A stretch of 64,000 bases of DNA, taken from the human T2T-CHM13v2.0 reference genome, Homo sapiens. The notes beneath the pieces were generated by a model that worked only from the letters and a program-made list of their open reading frames with translations, made no database searches and was not told where the DNA came from. A program made the position numbers and the translations under genes. Positions 34,237-57,479 of this stretch are shown in pieces. How positions within the stretch are numbered: the stretch's first letter is position 1; each line of letters starts with the position of its first letter. Location: the NCBI RefSeq assembly GCF_009914755.1, contig NC_060933.1; one strand, given 5' to 3'.

Positions 34237-35622
34237 TTGTTTTTGTTTTTGTTTTTGTTTTCACTTTATTTATTCCTTTGAAACAAGTCACTTAATACAG
34301 CATTTAGATATTTAAAGTTATATACCTCATAAATAAAATCAATGCATCTTGATGACAATGGCAAAATCACATAAGAGTTGTAGAAAATGAAGTTAGACAT
34401 CTTCCAGGTAGCAGCAGTGCATTACTTCAAACAATGCTGGCAAATAGGCAAAACATTTTTAAAACAAGTAAACACTGTCCATCTTCATTAAGAAAAAATA
34501 TTTTCTTATGCTGTTTTCCCATCCCTACTTTTTCAAGTCATATTCTAAAGCTCTAATTTGACAGTTTTTACTTGTGGTTTTCTTTCTGCGTCAGGAACCT
34601 CTGTCTCTACTGCATTAATACAGAAACTATAGGAATATTGTTGTTCTCTAACCCTTTTCACAAGCTATTCATATTCATTCTGTATTTAGGCTGAATTCAA
34701 ATTTTTTTCAAGGAAAAATACTACTCTGCTAAGTACATATTTCCTGTAAACAGCTGGAGTCCTGAATGGCACCAGTGTGACTGAAAACTGACAAAAATTA
34801 GGTCCACTGGTCCTTTAAGTAACTTATGGGCTAATAACATAGGCTATACCAGTTTATAAAGTAGACTCACGTAATCATATTAGAAATTCTGAGCCTAAGA
34901 TTATCCTTTCTGTTTACCTACAACTTAATCAAATTATATCTTCACTATTCCTAAACTCCTATATGTTGGTTAGTAATTTTAAAAATATAAGTATAAAAGG
35001 GCATCATGGCAAAATGCTTATAATTCATGGTTTCATACTTTAATGATAAGCTTTTTCACCTATGGCCATGCTACATTCTATGACAAGAAATGGGGAAGAA
35101 GGGTTGAGTTGACACAAAGGCATTGCTTTAAAAATGTTTGGAAAAGCATAATTCATGACTAGGAATGCATCTATTTGACAATCTCTTCTTTATCAGTGGT
35201 ACTTTGTCCTCTTGGCCCTTTTCTCCCTTCACTCTACCATGAGGGGGTTACCAACCTCCTTTAAATGTATATGAATCAAGACCTAAATCAGCACCCTACA
35301 CTTCAACATCAATAATAATTTTAAGTCAAATATTCAAAGCACTGTAAGCAAAATGCTAGATAATTTTGAGAAAAATAAACACTCTCCCACAACCAGGGAT
35401 ATTTAATATTCTTTTTATGTTGAATGAAATGTGCTGAAATACTGTAACATAAGAAAACAGCTTTAGTTAATAAACTAGCTTATTAAAATCAAGGGTTTCA
35501 CTTTGGACTTAAAATGATGCCACTTGTATATGACACTTTTAAGGCCTCTGCCTCAAAAATCAGCTTCCTTATAAGTCTGTTTGGAAACAAGTTTTAAGGA
35601 TTGAATCTTTTAGAAATTATCA
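34237..35622 (-). pseudogene. Unidentified retroposed non-coding sequence (3'UTR-only retrocopy or orphan transduction)
   Basis: T-rich tail at 34237-34261, minus-strand AATAAA x2 at 34265-34274, TSD GGAA(T/C)GTTCTTTT (34224-34236 / 35623-35635). Confidence 0.72.
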
Positions 35623-36022
35623 GGAACGTTCTTTTGAGTTCTCAGCAGGCATCTCTCCTGGAGAGGAATCCATTTGAGACAACTTTAAAGCAGCCTCCAA
35701 CTCAGGTAGAGATCCGAAATTTACACATGTATCCAGGATAGGTGACTGACACTCATGGATGATCCCTGGGTCAGTCTCTGACCTCCAGTCCAACTTATCT
35801 TCCTAAAAGTCCCTGTGCATTTTCTTCTGTCCCTTCCTTCTGTGAGGAGTGTTCCTGTAATCAGCTGTCCTGAGGTACCTAGGACCCACAGCTCACATAT
35901 TTTTAGCATGCTAGGCTAATAAATATGTGTGTTTGAATATTAATTATCTTTTCACATTTTCCTTTGAGCAAAGCAGTACTCTATAATATACTCAAGTGAA
36001 ATCAGATAAAGGCTTAGTTCGT

Positions 36023-36289
36023 GGCCAGGCACAGTGGCTCATGCCTGTAATCCCAGCACTTTGGGAGGCCAAGGCAGGTGGATCGCTTGAGGTCAGGAGT
36101 TCAAGAGCAGTCTGGCCAACATGGCAAAATCCCATCTCTACTGAAAATACAAAAATTAGCCAGGCATGGTGGCTCATGCCTGTAAGTCTGGCTACTCGGG
36201 AGGCTGAGACAGGAGAATCACTTGAACCTGGGAGGTGGAGGCTCCAAGATCATGCCACTGCACTGCAGCCTGGGCAACAGAGTGAGACT

Positions 36290-36327
<38 letters not shown>
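36023..36327 (+). mobile_element. AluS
   Basis: TSD AGATAAA(G/T)GCTTAGTTC. Confidence 0.9.
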
Positions 36328-36328
<1 letters not shown>

Positions 36329-37189
36329 AGATAAATGCTTAGTTCACCTTTCGGCCCCTCTTTTTTCAATATGACACATTAACATCACAGATGACTTTTC
36401 TTGCTTCCCTATTATCCTTGAGGGCCCTTATCTTACAAGGAGACTGTCAGACAGCTCTGGTTAAGGGGGACCAATGAGGCCAAGGTTCCAAATACAAGTC
36501 TCAGATGGATCAAACAGCTTCTCTCTACCCCATGGGCACAAACTGCATCTGAACTATTTTTACTCACAATGCTTCTGACACCAAATATGGGGGCGGGGGG
36601 GGTGGTGGGTTCTCACACCAACCAGTTCTCCAACTCTCCAGATACCAAATGAGTGTCCCACAATTCACTTCAATTCTGACAATAACTACCCAGAGGTAGT
36701 ATCAGACTCTACAGGCTTAAGGGTTCAGTACCACAAAACTACCCCCACTTCCAGACACAAGTCACGAGTTCAGGGGTTCACACAACCCCCTCTTCAGGTT
36801 CCATAATTTGCTAGAATGCCTCAAAGAACTCAGGAAAACACTTTAGTTGCTCTTACCAGTTTCTTATAAAGGATACAGCTCAGAAACAATCAAAGGCATA
36901 GGGCAAGGTATGGGGAAAAGGGTGCAGAGCTTCTACACCCTCTCTGGGAGTGCCACGCTCCCAGCACTTCGATGTGTTCACTAAACTGGAAGCTCTTAGA
37001 ACCCCATCATTTAGGGGGTTTTATGGAGATTTCATCACATAGGCATGACTGAGGAAATCATTGGCCATTGGTGACTAACTCAATCTCCAGTCCCTCTCCC
37101 TTCCCCAGAAGTAGTGGGGAAACTTCCTTTTTTGAACATACAATAACTGTTTTTATTTGTTTTTTGTTTATATTACGTCTCATTTCCTT

Positions 37190-37400
37190 AATTTTTTTAA
37201 TTTTTTATTTGAATGGCTTTAGGAGTACAACTGGTTTTGGCTGCACAGATCAATTGTAGAGTGGTGAAGTCTGGGCTTTTAGTGTACACATCACCCCAAT
37301 AGTATATATTGTACCAAATGGTGATTTTTCATCCCTCGCTTCCCCTATCCTTCCTCTTTCTGAATCTCCAATATCCATTATACCACTCTGTATGCCTAAA
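37190..37400 (-). mobile_element. L1PB-type 3' end fragment
   Basis: GTGGTGAAGTCTGGGCTTTTAGTGTA motif. Confidence 0.7.
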
Positions 37401-37409
37401 AGACACTTT

Positions 37410-37724
37410 TCATTTTTATATTTTTTGAGATGGAGTCTCGCTCTGTCACCACGCTGGAGTGCAGTGGCGCAATCTTAGCTCACTGCAACCTCTGCCTCCT
37501 GAGTTCAAGTGATTCTCCTGCCTCCAAGCGATTCTCCCGCCTTAGCCTCCTCAGTAGCTGGGATTACAGGCGTCCACCATCACACCTGGCTAATTTTTGT
37601 ATTTTTAGTAGAGACGGAATTTCACCATGTTGGCCAGGATGGTCTCGATCTCTTGACCTCGTGATCCGCCCGCCTCCGCCTCCCAAGGTGCTGGGATTAC
37701 AGGTGTGAGCCGCCGCGCCTGGCC
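37410..37724 (-). mobile_element. AluS (Sc/Sg-like) with a small internal duplication
   Basis: Dimer; CAAG(T/C)GATTCTCC(T/C)GCCT is repeated at ~37506-37542. Confidence 0.88.
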
Positions 37725-37891
37725 GATACTCTCAGGACTACAGATATTCTAAGGGTTTTAGAAGCTGTGTGCAAGCAACCCCAAATTTTTTAAATTATTT
37801 TACAGCACCCTAACTTCTACCCAATTTTGCTAATTGATCAAACAATTATATTAGCAATAAGCTCTTCCATTATACGTCCTGCTATTTGTAG

Positions 37892-38201
<310 letters not shown>

Positions 38202-38406
38202 TTCCGTTGCTTCTTAATCCAATCCATCACTCATGAAATTTCCAAGAATTTGGAGGTCCTTTCCAAGAACCAGGGACAAAGACCAGCCAAATCTCCCATT
38301 CCTACTCATATTTTAACCATTCTGAAACAACAAAATCATACTTTTAAATATTTTAATAACAATGAAATCATAATTTTAAAAATTTTAATAACTTGAGAAT
38401 CTGCTG

Positions 38407-44588
<6,182 letters not shown>

Positions 44589-45549
44589 AGAATCTGCTGC
44601 TCGGCATCCCAAAGCACAATGGTTTAGAAGCCAAGTGTGTCTGACCCCTCCAGTATTTGACTGTTTGCTTGGGGTTTATTGTTTTGCATAATACAACAAC
44701 CTAAAATGTCTCCAATATTTTCTTTCTTTAGAATATGAAACATGACTCTCCTCCCCTTCCCCGTCTCCCTGTTTCCCCCTAGAGTTTTCTTTCTTTCTTT
44801 TAAAAAACATAGAAATATAGCTTCTATCTGGAGCATAAATAAAGACGAGTAAGATTCAATTCTTTTAACGATGTGGATAAAATTAGGTTTTCTTAAGGGC
44901 ACTCTTAAATATGTGAGCTACATGGAGAAAATATTCACCCTGACACTGCTGCCTTCACTAGAAAAGCTGTTATGATTTGATGGATGGTAAATGAACAATT
45001 CCTACAACTGCTGCTCTATTCATTAATTACTGAAGTAGGCTCAGCTATGAGAGAAAGGTAGTCCTCTCAGGCATTAGCCTGCTACCATTGCAGAAACAAC
45101 TGACCACACCCTCCACGTGGCCTTTGTGTTCTCATTTTACCAGGGTGTAAGTCAGCTTCAAAAGGAAGATGGAGTACGTATGCAAGTTAGAGACTGACAA
45201 ACTGATCTCAAAGTCAGTCTTGAAATTGCCTTTAAAAATCTTTTCATGTATACTCCCACTCTAGACTTGCCAAAATGCAGAGATTCAATTCAGCAAATTA
45301 TTCCTCTTTTATAGCCAGTTGTTGACGCTGTACTCTTTATCCCTAAATGCTTGTGAATTATTTTTAAAGTGGAAGGAAAAAGAAGGAACATAATAAACCA
45401 TGTTAACATTTCTTGAGTTTAAGAAACAATTTATTTTGAATTTTCCTGTTAGATGAAATGGCAGACACTGTTCATGAACTATATAACAGTTGGGATAGTC
45501 ATAACATCCTTCCTCCTTGTTCATGAACAGGGAGGCTTATACCTGTCAA

Positions 45550-46925
<1,376 letters not shown>

Positions 46926-47246
46926 TGCTCCTGTGACACTAGCATGAGTCCTTCCCCCAGTTCTACAATTAAGACTCCTAACAATTCATTTATCCAGCCA
47001 AAAAAATACTTACAAGAGCCTAGGATATGGCAAAAATTATAGTGAACAACATGGATACAACGGTGCAGAAAACAGAATTAGTCCCTGCATTTGTCAAGGC
47101 TTCAGAGAAGTGGAAGTTGTGGGAGAGGGACAGAGGGAAGAATAGTAGTGTACTAATTATTTTTCCATTTGTTTTCATTCCATTTTTCATTTGTAAGGTA
47201 GGTTAATCATTTTGAAGTCCCCTAGCTTACCTAACCTTTTACTTTG

Positions 47247-47652
47247 TGTACTAGTCAGGGGTCTCCAGAGAAACAGAACCAACAAGATGTGATAGAGAGA
47301 AAGGGAGGGTTATTTTAAGAAATTGGCTCATGTGATTATGGAGGCTTAGTGAGTCCAAAATTGGATGAGATAGACTAGCAGGCTGGAGACTTAGGTAAGA
47401 ATTGCAATTAGAGACCAAAGGCAGTCTGCTGGCAGAGTTCCTTCTTGCTCAATCAGTCTTTGTTCTATTAGAGCCTTCAACTGATTGGATGAGGCCCACC
47501 CCCATTATGGAGGGCAATTTGCTTAACTCAAACTCCACCAATTTAAATGTTAATCTTATTGAAAAACACCCTCACAGAAACATCTAGAATAATATTTGAC
47601 CAAATATCTGGGCTTTGTGGCCCAGCCAAATTGACACATAAATTTAACCATC
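47247..47652 (-). mobile_element. MLT2 solo LTR
   Basis: TAGTCAGGGGTCTCCAGAGAAACAGAACC...TTGACACATAAATTTAACCATC. Confidence 0.8.
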
Positions 47653-48113
<461 letters not shown>

Positions 48114-48418
48114 TGAAGAAGGGTTCAACTCTTCAGCCTACCTGACTGACGCTGAAGCCCCTGCAAGTAGCATTGTGTTCATATTCGCCTCCCTCAAAAG
48201 CTCCTAGTACATGCATAGTTTATGCTGCCAACCTTGCTATAACTAAAGAAAACAAATCTTATAAAGTAGAGTGTTTCTTAGGAGATGATAAATATAAAGT
48301 TGTTTGGAGTTTTTGTTTGCTTATTTCAAATCTGAAAGGGCCCACATAGATTTTCTATACTAAAAGAAATTTAGTTTTCAACCTGGAATAATAGAAATAA
48401 TAGAAACTAATTATTTAA

Positions 48419-48970
<552 letters not shown>

Positions 48971-49349
48971 TAAGTTTGTTTTTCTAAATCTCTCTTTCAC
49001 ACAAATGAAAAAAAGATATACCAAATAACAAAATGTATCCTGCTTGTAAAATAATGTAAAACAGTTTCTTCAAGATGGGCATAAAGCTCAACTTATACAT
49101 AGAGAATAGCAGTCTACAGCATTATAAGATAAATGTGCAATACACAAACCAGAATTCACCTTGGCTCAATTGAACAGTCCACCATCAGAAGAGTTTACAC
49201 TACCATCTAGTGGTTCATTTAGTGAAAAGACATTTGTACTCTTCAAAATGTTTCAGCTAGATAGGCAATCTAGTAGATACAAATAAACCACTTTGTCCTG
49301 AGAAAAAACAGGCTAAGATCAACAAAACAAACACTTAGATATATGGTAG

Positions 49350-49495
49350 ACCATGGTGGACAGGCTATTGGACTAAAAGCCTCAGATGTGACTTCTAGCT
49401 CTGAGATCTACTATTCACAGCTGTGTGACTTTTGGACACGTCATTTTACCTCTCGAAGCTTGTTTCTTATTTGTTAAATGAAGTGACTGCACTAG
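49350..49495 (+). mobile_element. MIR
   Basis: AGCTGTGTGACTTTTGGACACGTCATTTTACCTCTC core. Confidence 0.6.
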
Positions 49496-49906
49496 ACTGG
49501 TGTTTCTGAAGTAGTAAATTATAACATACTAGCTAAAATCAATATAATAGATCATGACCAGATTTTTTTTTAATTTAAACAGAACAAAAAAATCAGAGTA
49601 CATCCCTTACTATGGGTCACAGCTAAAAGAGTTGGAAAGCCTCTATGGTTCCTATCAGCTCTAAAACTCCATGTTCCTATGAATTGTGGACATCAGTTCT
49701 GCCTCAGAGTGCTGATACAGAGTTTATAGCTGCCTAATTTATAGTTACACATAACCTAGAACTGTCTGCTCACTGACCAGGGGTGATATCTTTTATTTCT
49801 CTCCTATAACTCAAAAAGACTCCAATCAAAATAGATGGAAATATTTTCCTGGCTGTGATTATATGTTTTTTCTTTTCCTACAGAGACTACCACCAGTCTT
49901 TCTAAT

Positions 49907-50640
49907 GCAATGTTTCTCAAATCATGGTCCAGGGACCAACTGCCTCAGATTCACTTGGGGTGCTTCTTTAAAATACATATCCTTGCCTCCCCTCTCCCAC
50001 TACCAGACCTATCAAATTAGGATCTCTAAGCACACAGCCTAGTGATCTGCACTGTTTTCAAGTACCCTAGCTGATTCTTATGTACCCAAAACCTTGTGAA
50101 ATTTGAGTTTGAGCTCTTGGCAGGTAATATTGTTGATCCATCTCCATCTTAACATCCTCTCTGCTATCTCTGTCCTTTCTCTACTCTTTACTTCTAAAAG
50201 AATATACTTGCACGTTGCTAGCTCAGAAGAACAGATCTCTAGTATCTAAGGGAGAATTACGCCAGCTGAAGTGCCAGTAATTTCCAGGTCTAAGATCTAC
50301 AGCAGCTAATATATTATCTGAAATAAAATATGATTTTTAACACATTAAGCTATACTGAACAGACAGCAGGTAGCCATTGTTCCTTTCCACATAATCATGC
50401 TTGATACTTATAAACAAAGCCCAAATACTTTTTCTCCCAAATTTCTTAATACTTTTGAGTATTTGTGGTCTTTATCCTTGCTACTCAAAGTGTAGTCCAT
50501 ATACCAGCAGCAGCAGCATTGCCTGGGAGATTGTTAGAAATAGACTCTCAAATTCTACCCCAGAATTGGAATCATCTGCATTTCAACAAAATTCTCACAG
50601 GTGAGTTGTATGTACTTTAAACTTTAAGAAGCACTGCTCT
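49907..50640. mobile_element. Two MER5A-like hAT elements (~49907-50095 and ~50478-50640)
   Basis: CAATGTTTCTCAA and TTTAAGAAGCACTG TIR-like ends; ATCTGCATTTTCAACAA motif. Confidence 0.6.
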
Positions 50641-51426
50641 ATAAATAGTGGGCATGAAATAGTCAATCAGTAAATGCAAAGCAGCTGCAGCCAGGATTTC
50701 TTTCTTTTTCTTAAAAAAAAAAAAAAGAAAGAAAAAGCCTGTTGTCCAGGCTGGAATGGAGTGGTGCAATCCTGGCTCACTGCAATCTTGACCTCCCAAG
50801 TTCAAGCAATCCTCCCTCAGCCTTCCAAAGTGCTGGGAGTACAGGTGTGAGCCACTACGCCTACTCAATAGTCTTTTAAAACCTGGAATCTGTTCTCTTT
50901 CTTTTCAAGAAAGTAAGGGCCCTAACACCCCTTCTGCCTATGTAGGAAAGCTAAGAGCAAACCACAGGAGGGGAAGTCAAGAGGGGGAGGGAGAAGACCA
51001 CAAATCTCCATATAGTTGTTGAAGGTTCTGAATTAAATGAAGTGATTGCAGGTGGAGATACAGAAATGGTTGTTATCACTATGAAGTCCCTGATATAAGA
51101 AAACAAGCAAGTCAACCCTAAAATAAACAGAGACATAAAAAGACCAACTTAAATCTGGTAGCATGCTAAAACAAGACTATAGTAATGCTTCTCTAACTTG
51201 GCAATTGCAGCAAAGATTCCATTAGCTACCTACAGTCACCAAGGCAGATATTATTGTTTCCTGAATGTTCACCTGTTACATAACTTCTGTCACTGATGTC
51301 ACAGTATTTCAGGGAAACTAAGTCTGTTTGGGGGAAACTGCCTGGACAGAAATAACACAATTTTAAGATTTGAGGCCTAAGGGGTTGATGTTTTTGGTGC
51401 TAATGGAAATTGAAAATAAAACTGTT

Positions 51427-51887
<461 letters not shown>

Positions 51888-52099
51888 TTAACCTCTTTGC
51901 GAGCAGCCTAAATCTCTGTTTAACACATTCATATGTATCATGTATTCTATCAATTACATCTTCTTAAAGAAGCCTTTTCCAGAGTCTTCTGAAATGCTCC
52001 AATCTGAACTAGTTGCCTTCGATGCCTTAGTGCATTACCCTCATCCTAGAGTCTACATCATTAATCCTGGGAATTCCTTTGGTCCCATCTGTATCACCC

Positions 52100-53000
52100 A
52101 TTTCATGTACCCTAAGTCTTCCTCTTCCTTGTTTTGGTGGAGCATATCCTCCAGTAACTTTCTGAGTATGAAAAGGTCTACATGGTAGGTAAACTATGAA
52201 ATTTTGCATGTCTTAAGATGTCTTTATTCTGCCTTCACTTTTGATTGATAATTTGGCTGGGTACAAAATTCTAGGTTAAATTTTAAAGGCATTGCTCCAT
52301 TGCCTCCTAGATTCTACTACTGCTTTTGAAAAATCTGAGGCCATTCTGATTCCTAGCCTGTTGTATTTGACCTTTTTAAAAAAGAAAACCTCTCTTTTTC
52401 TCTAGGAATTTATAGAATCTTCTCTTTGTCTCCTGAGTTCTGAAATTTCACAGTGATGTACCTTACAAACTTAGGTTGAAATGGATTCTTTTAGTTCCAG
52501 GGAATTTTCTTGAATTATTACACTGACAGTTTTCTCAGCTCTATTTTCCCAGTTGTTTTTGGAACCTCAAGTGTTAGACCTCCTAGAATGCCTTAATTTT
52601 TTTTCTTTTCACTCTTATATTTCATTTCCTTTACTTTTTGCTCTATCATCAGAGATGTCTTCAACTTTATTGCCTAATCCTTCCATTGAGTTTATTGCTT
52701 TTGTGATCACATGTTTAGTTTCCAAGACCTCCTTTTTATTCTGTAAATATTCTTTTATAGTGTTCTCTTTTTTCATTATTATATCTTCCCTCATGTCTCT
52801 AAGAATATTAATGATAATTTAAAATTGTTATTCTTCTCCCTACATTGTCTTTATCTTTTCCAAATTATTTTTTATGTTTGTATGTTTTGTTTTCTTTCTT
52901 TTGTATATAAAGCCTTCCTCAAATGTCTGATAATCTTTGGTTGCCTTCTCATATTTAACAGTGAGGGGCTAAAAAGCTAATTGGAAGCTCTGAGTATCTG
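52100..53000 (-). mobile_element. Old L1M/HAL1 ORF1-region fragment
   Basis: TTTGGCTGGGTACAAAATTCTAGGTT and AAATCTGAGGCCATTCTGATT motifs. Confidence 0.6.
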
Positions 53001-56000
53001 AGTAACACTTCCCACTGTGAGCTCTGTCATTAGATATTCTACAGGGCCCTTCTAGTTGGGAACTTCCAATATCAGTAGGTGATATGCCAAAAGCTGTTTG
53101 GTAGCTAACCTGTCAGCCACTCTGCCTTCTATCTTTGCTAATAGAACACTGACTTTTTTAGATAATTTGTCCAATACAAAGTATGCAATAGTCCCAAGGA
53201 AGCAGAAGCAGCTAAACAGTGTATAATACAGCATCCAAAGGGCACAGCAAAGCTTTGCCATAGATTGGGGAAGCATCAATGCTAAAGGAATGCAATCCAG
53301 GAATGGATAGCAGAGCTGAGATGACAGGTGTAACTAAAGCCACATAGGTAGCTATATCATGACTCTAGGCTATGTCTGTCCACTTGCAGCAATACTACAG
53401 GAAGTGACTGGGGAAGAGGGGAATCAAAGGAAATAGGAGGCACCAAAAAATATCAGAGGTACAGATACTGGGGAGGAAAACTGAGGCCAAAGGCTACTCT
53501 ACACATAAAGCCAAGATTGAGGGATGGAAGGGAAACCTGCAACTCAGAGATTACCTATGCAGCCTGAGCTCTTTTTGGAAAGCATGCATCAGGTTGCTGG
53601 TGTTACTGATTGGACTGCCACCATCTTCAGGACTGCCTCAGGAATTGGTGAAGGCTCGAGTCTGTAGATGGGAATCATCATCTGTAGAAAGTTGGGAAAG
53701 ACATTGAGCAGAGGAAATAAGACAGTGACAGACAACATGTAGAGCTTGCTAGAAAGGGAAAATAATTCATATAAGGGCAACATAGTTGAAGCAAAAGGGA
53801 AAAGACTGATAATTACTTATACACACCATTATGGCCATACCTACTATAAAATATAAAAATACTTCCTTACTAGTTGGCACATAGCAGCTCTACTAAGTCC
53901 TCAAAGTGTCCTCCTTTCCTTACCCTGCCACCTCTTAGTCCCTCCTGAGATGGTCTAGCATAGAAGGCCTCTTGGACCCTGCTTCAGCCACTGTCCATTC
54001 TGGTTGCTAATGCTCATGCATCATCAGTTATTCCATATTTTGCTATGTTCCTGAGAGGCTTAACCTACATTGTGGCTATATGTGTGCCTGTCTGAGTCAT
54101 TCGATTGCATGCAAATGAACAAATTCACAAATATTTTTGCATAAGCAACCCAACCATTTAATACCTTTATAAATATGAGTGCAGAGATATTCCAAGAGGT
54201 CGTGGAAAGAATTTTCATCAATAAAGAGGTCTTTCTCATACTAATCTGAGGCAACCTGGAGGCTCTCTGGTCTACATAGCAATTCTTTATATCTTTCCAG
54301 GTCTATGAGACATCTGTAGTATTTACCAACCTAACAAGCCCCAGTAAAACAGTTTCAACTCAGGTCTTCCTGTTAAAGATGGAAGATTGAACACAAGAAT
54401 GTATCTCCACATCCTCCAATAAGATCATTAAAATGAAGTAGAGGGAATTATATGCTTTTAAGGCATAATCTGTAAGGACAAAGAGATTAGGAGAAGAGAC
54501 AACCACAACAAAAATGAGGAAGCTAAAAAGTAGATGGAAGAGTAGCAACCTACATGGAAGATACAAGAAATTTGAGCTGGTAGTGGAGAAAGTAAAGAAT
54601 CAAAGCAAATCACACTGCATAATCACCAAAAATCTCAAGAACTGGCAGCAACAGGTGTCTCTAGAAATGAGAGGGAGAAGGGCAGTGGTGCAAAAGTGGG
54701 ACTAAAAACACTGGTTGAAAATCTTGTTAAGGAGTTAGACAGCCCTACAACTTTCCCCAGACTCTAGTCAACTAACCATGGTAAAGATCACTGCAGAATG
54801 CTGAACGTTTATTCTCTGGTGAGGGCAAAACAGATGGTCTGTGGATTGAAGAGCACCAGGCACAAATGAAAGCAAGTGTTTTATACAACAAGGAGATAAT
54901 TTAACAAAGCCACAGATGGCCAATAAAGATCTTTTTATTTTTAAATTTAACTATAACCAAAGAAATATAAATAAAAACAGGAAGATATTTTTCTATTAAC
55001 CTGGCAAAGACTAATGATAATACCTAATATTAATGAGGACACAGAAAAACAAGCTCTCTGACATTCTGCAGGTGGAAGGTAAATTGCTAAAAATTCTTCT
55101 GGAGATGTTATATATCAAAAATCTTAAAATCGGAGCCCAGACAATCTACTTCTATGAATGTATCATATGTAAATTGGAATAGACATGTAAGATTTAAATA
55201 AAAGAATGTGTATAATAAGCAAAAAGAAAATCTGGAATCAATCTAAATGCCCAAAAGTAGATGATTAAACAATTACATATTTATACAATTAAATATCACT
55301 GAACTGTATAGTTTGCTTCTGCAACTTCAAACTGTACCCAAACTGTACTTTCTCCATTCTTTTCCACCGTATTCCATGCCCTAGAAGGCTAATCTTTAGA
55401 GATTACATCAAACAGGTTCCCTCACCCTTTGGCTTCAGGTTGGGTTTTTGCAACTTTTATGTAAATCTAAAACTATTCTAAAAAGAAAAGCTTATTTTTT
55501 AAAAAGTATGTAACCAAATAATTTGGTTTTTACTTCCCATATCCACCCATCCCTTGAAGTATTTTTTGGTGAGATGTCCAACAGATAAGCAGCCAGAGTG
55601 ATATAAACACAGAGAGGGAACCAAATGAGAGACTTTGTTTCCCATGCCAGAGAACAAACTCCAGGCAAAGAGGATGGGTTTTGTCTGGTTGCTCTTAGAA
55701 AAATTCTGAAATTTAGGTAAAAATCTCGAACACAAATGAAAATAACATGTAATTTATCCAGCTCTTTTTCACCAACAAGTATGTAATTTGTGCCTTAACC
55801 TAAAGACATTTGAAAAGTTGGTACTGACAATTCTAAGTGGTATTTCCATGCTTCCTGTTCATTACAACTACAACTACATAAAACAGACCTTTCATACAGT
55901 CTTTCCCAGCACCAAAGTGCAACTGTGGGGTTTTATTCTGTAATATATTTGACACTTTCAAAAGGCAACTCTGACTAACCCCTAAGATGACAGTAGGACA

Positions 56001-56158
56001 TCTCCTCTGTTAAGGAAAAGCCCCAAACTAGAATGTCATGGAGGGAGGCTTCCTTAACTAGGAGACACCTGAAAGGAGGGCAAGAATTAGGCAGGAGATG
56101 AGCACTCCAGGAAGACAGCAAAACTGACAAAGGCCTGAAGGTAAAAGAGCACGGTGAA

Positions 56159-56534
56159 TGTATTAGTCCGTTTTCACACTGCTGATAAAAACATACCTGA
56201 GACTGGGCAATTTACAGAAGAAAGAGTTTAATTGGACTTACAGTTCCATGTAGCTGGGGAAGCCTCACAACCATGGCAGAAGGTAAGGAGCAGCAAGTCC
56301 CATCTTACATGGATGGCAGCAGGCAAAGAGAGAATGAGGAAGGTGCAAAAGCAGAAGCCCCTGATAAAACCATCAGATCTCATGAGACTTATTCACTACT
56401 ATGAGAACAGCATGAGGGAAACTGCCCCCCATGATTCAATTATCTCCCACCAACTCCCTCTCACAACATGGGGGAATTATGGGAGTACAATTCAAGATGA
56501 GATTTGGGTGGGGACACAGAGCCAAATCATATCA
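56159..56534. mobile_element. THE1 (C/D-like) MaLR solo LTR
   Basis: TGTATTAGTCCGTTTTCACACTGCTG...CCAAATCATATCA termini. Perfect 5-bp TSD GTGAA. Confidence 0.92.
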
Positions 56535-57344
56535 GTGAACTTGCAGTTTTCAGAACTATAATAATTTGCTATGCCAGAAATATAAAGTGTATGACAGGAA
56601 ATGGTAAGAAATGAGGCTAGAGAGGTAATTACTCGACTATGTTTCAGGATATATTTCAAGAAGGGGAAGTCTACTGTGAACAAATATGAAGAAAATAGTA
56701 TTAAGTACATGTGCAGAAATAGACTTCAGATAGGCCAAAAGCCTGGGATGGCACACCAGAGAAACTAACCTTTGAGTCCCTCAGTGTCTCATTAAACAAC
56801 TTACACTGATGATAGAATGTATAAATATGTTGTGATATATGCATTCCATGAAATATTATATGGTAGTGAAAATGAATAAACTATTGCAACTATCAACATG
56901 GATGGATATTAAAAACAATGGGCAGATCACAGAAGAATACATGAGGTATGATTCCATTTCTTTAAGATTCAAAACCAGACAAAACCAAATAATACATTGT
57001 TTACTGATACATATACATATACGTGGTAAAATCTTGTAAAGAAAAAAAAGAAATGATTGCCCCAAAATTTAGAGTAGAGATTAACTTGAGGAAACAAAAA
57101 AGAATGAGAAGGACATGCAGAGAGCTTCAAAAACATTGGAAATGTACCATTTCTTTAGAAGGTCCATTGTAAATTCCAGTAGAATAATCAAGCAAAACCA
57201 CTAGTGTTTGTAGCTTGCTGCATTACTACTGTATTTCTTCAATTTTAAGATGGATGTTTTGTGACATTTTAATGTCTTTAAAATTGGGATTTGCTATGGT
57301 TTGTATATGGTTTGGTTTTTAATTTTATCTTTATTATTTAAAAT

Positions 57345-57479
57345 TTTTTTTAGAGTCAGGGTCTCACTCTGTCACCCAGGCTAGAGTGCAGTGGCATGAT
57401 CATTGCTGCAGCTTCAAACTCCTGGGCTCAAGCAATCGTCCTGCTTTACCACACCCAACTAATTAAAAAAAACGTTTTT
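57345..57479 (-). mobile_element. AluJ right arm, cut at its linker by the L1PB insertion
   Basis: Alu right-arm motifs end at CTAATT/AAAAAAAA immediately before the L1PB 5' end. Confidence 0.65.

Larger units (their letters stand above)
36558..37810. mobile_element. MER21-type LTR, interrupted by an L1PB fragment and an Alu
   Basis: CAATTCTGACAATAACTACC, GAACTCAGGAAAACACT and TTGGCCATTGGTGA motifs. Confidence 0.7.
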
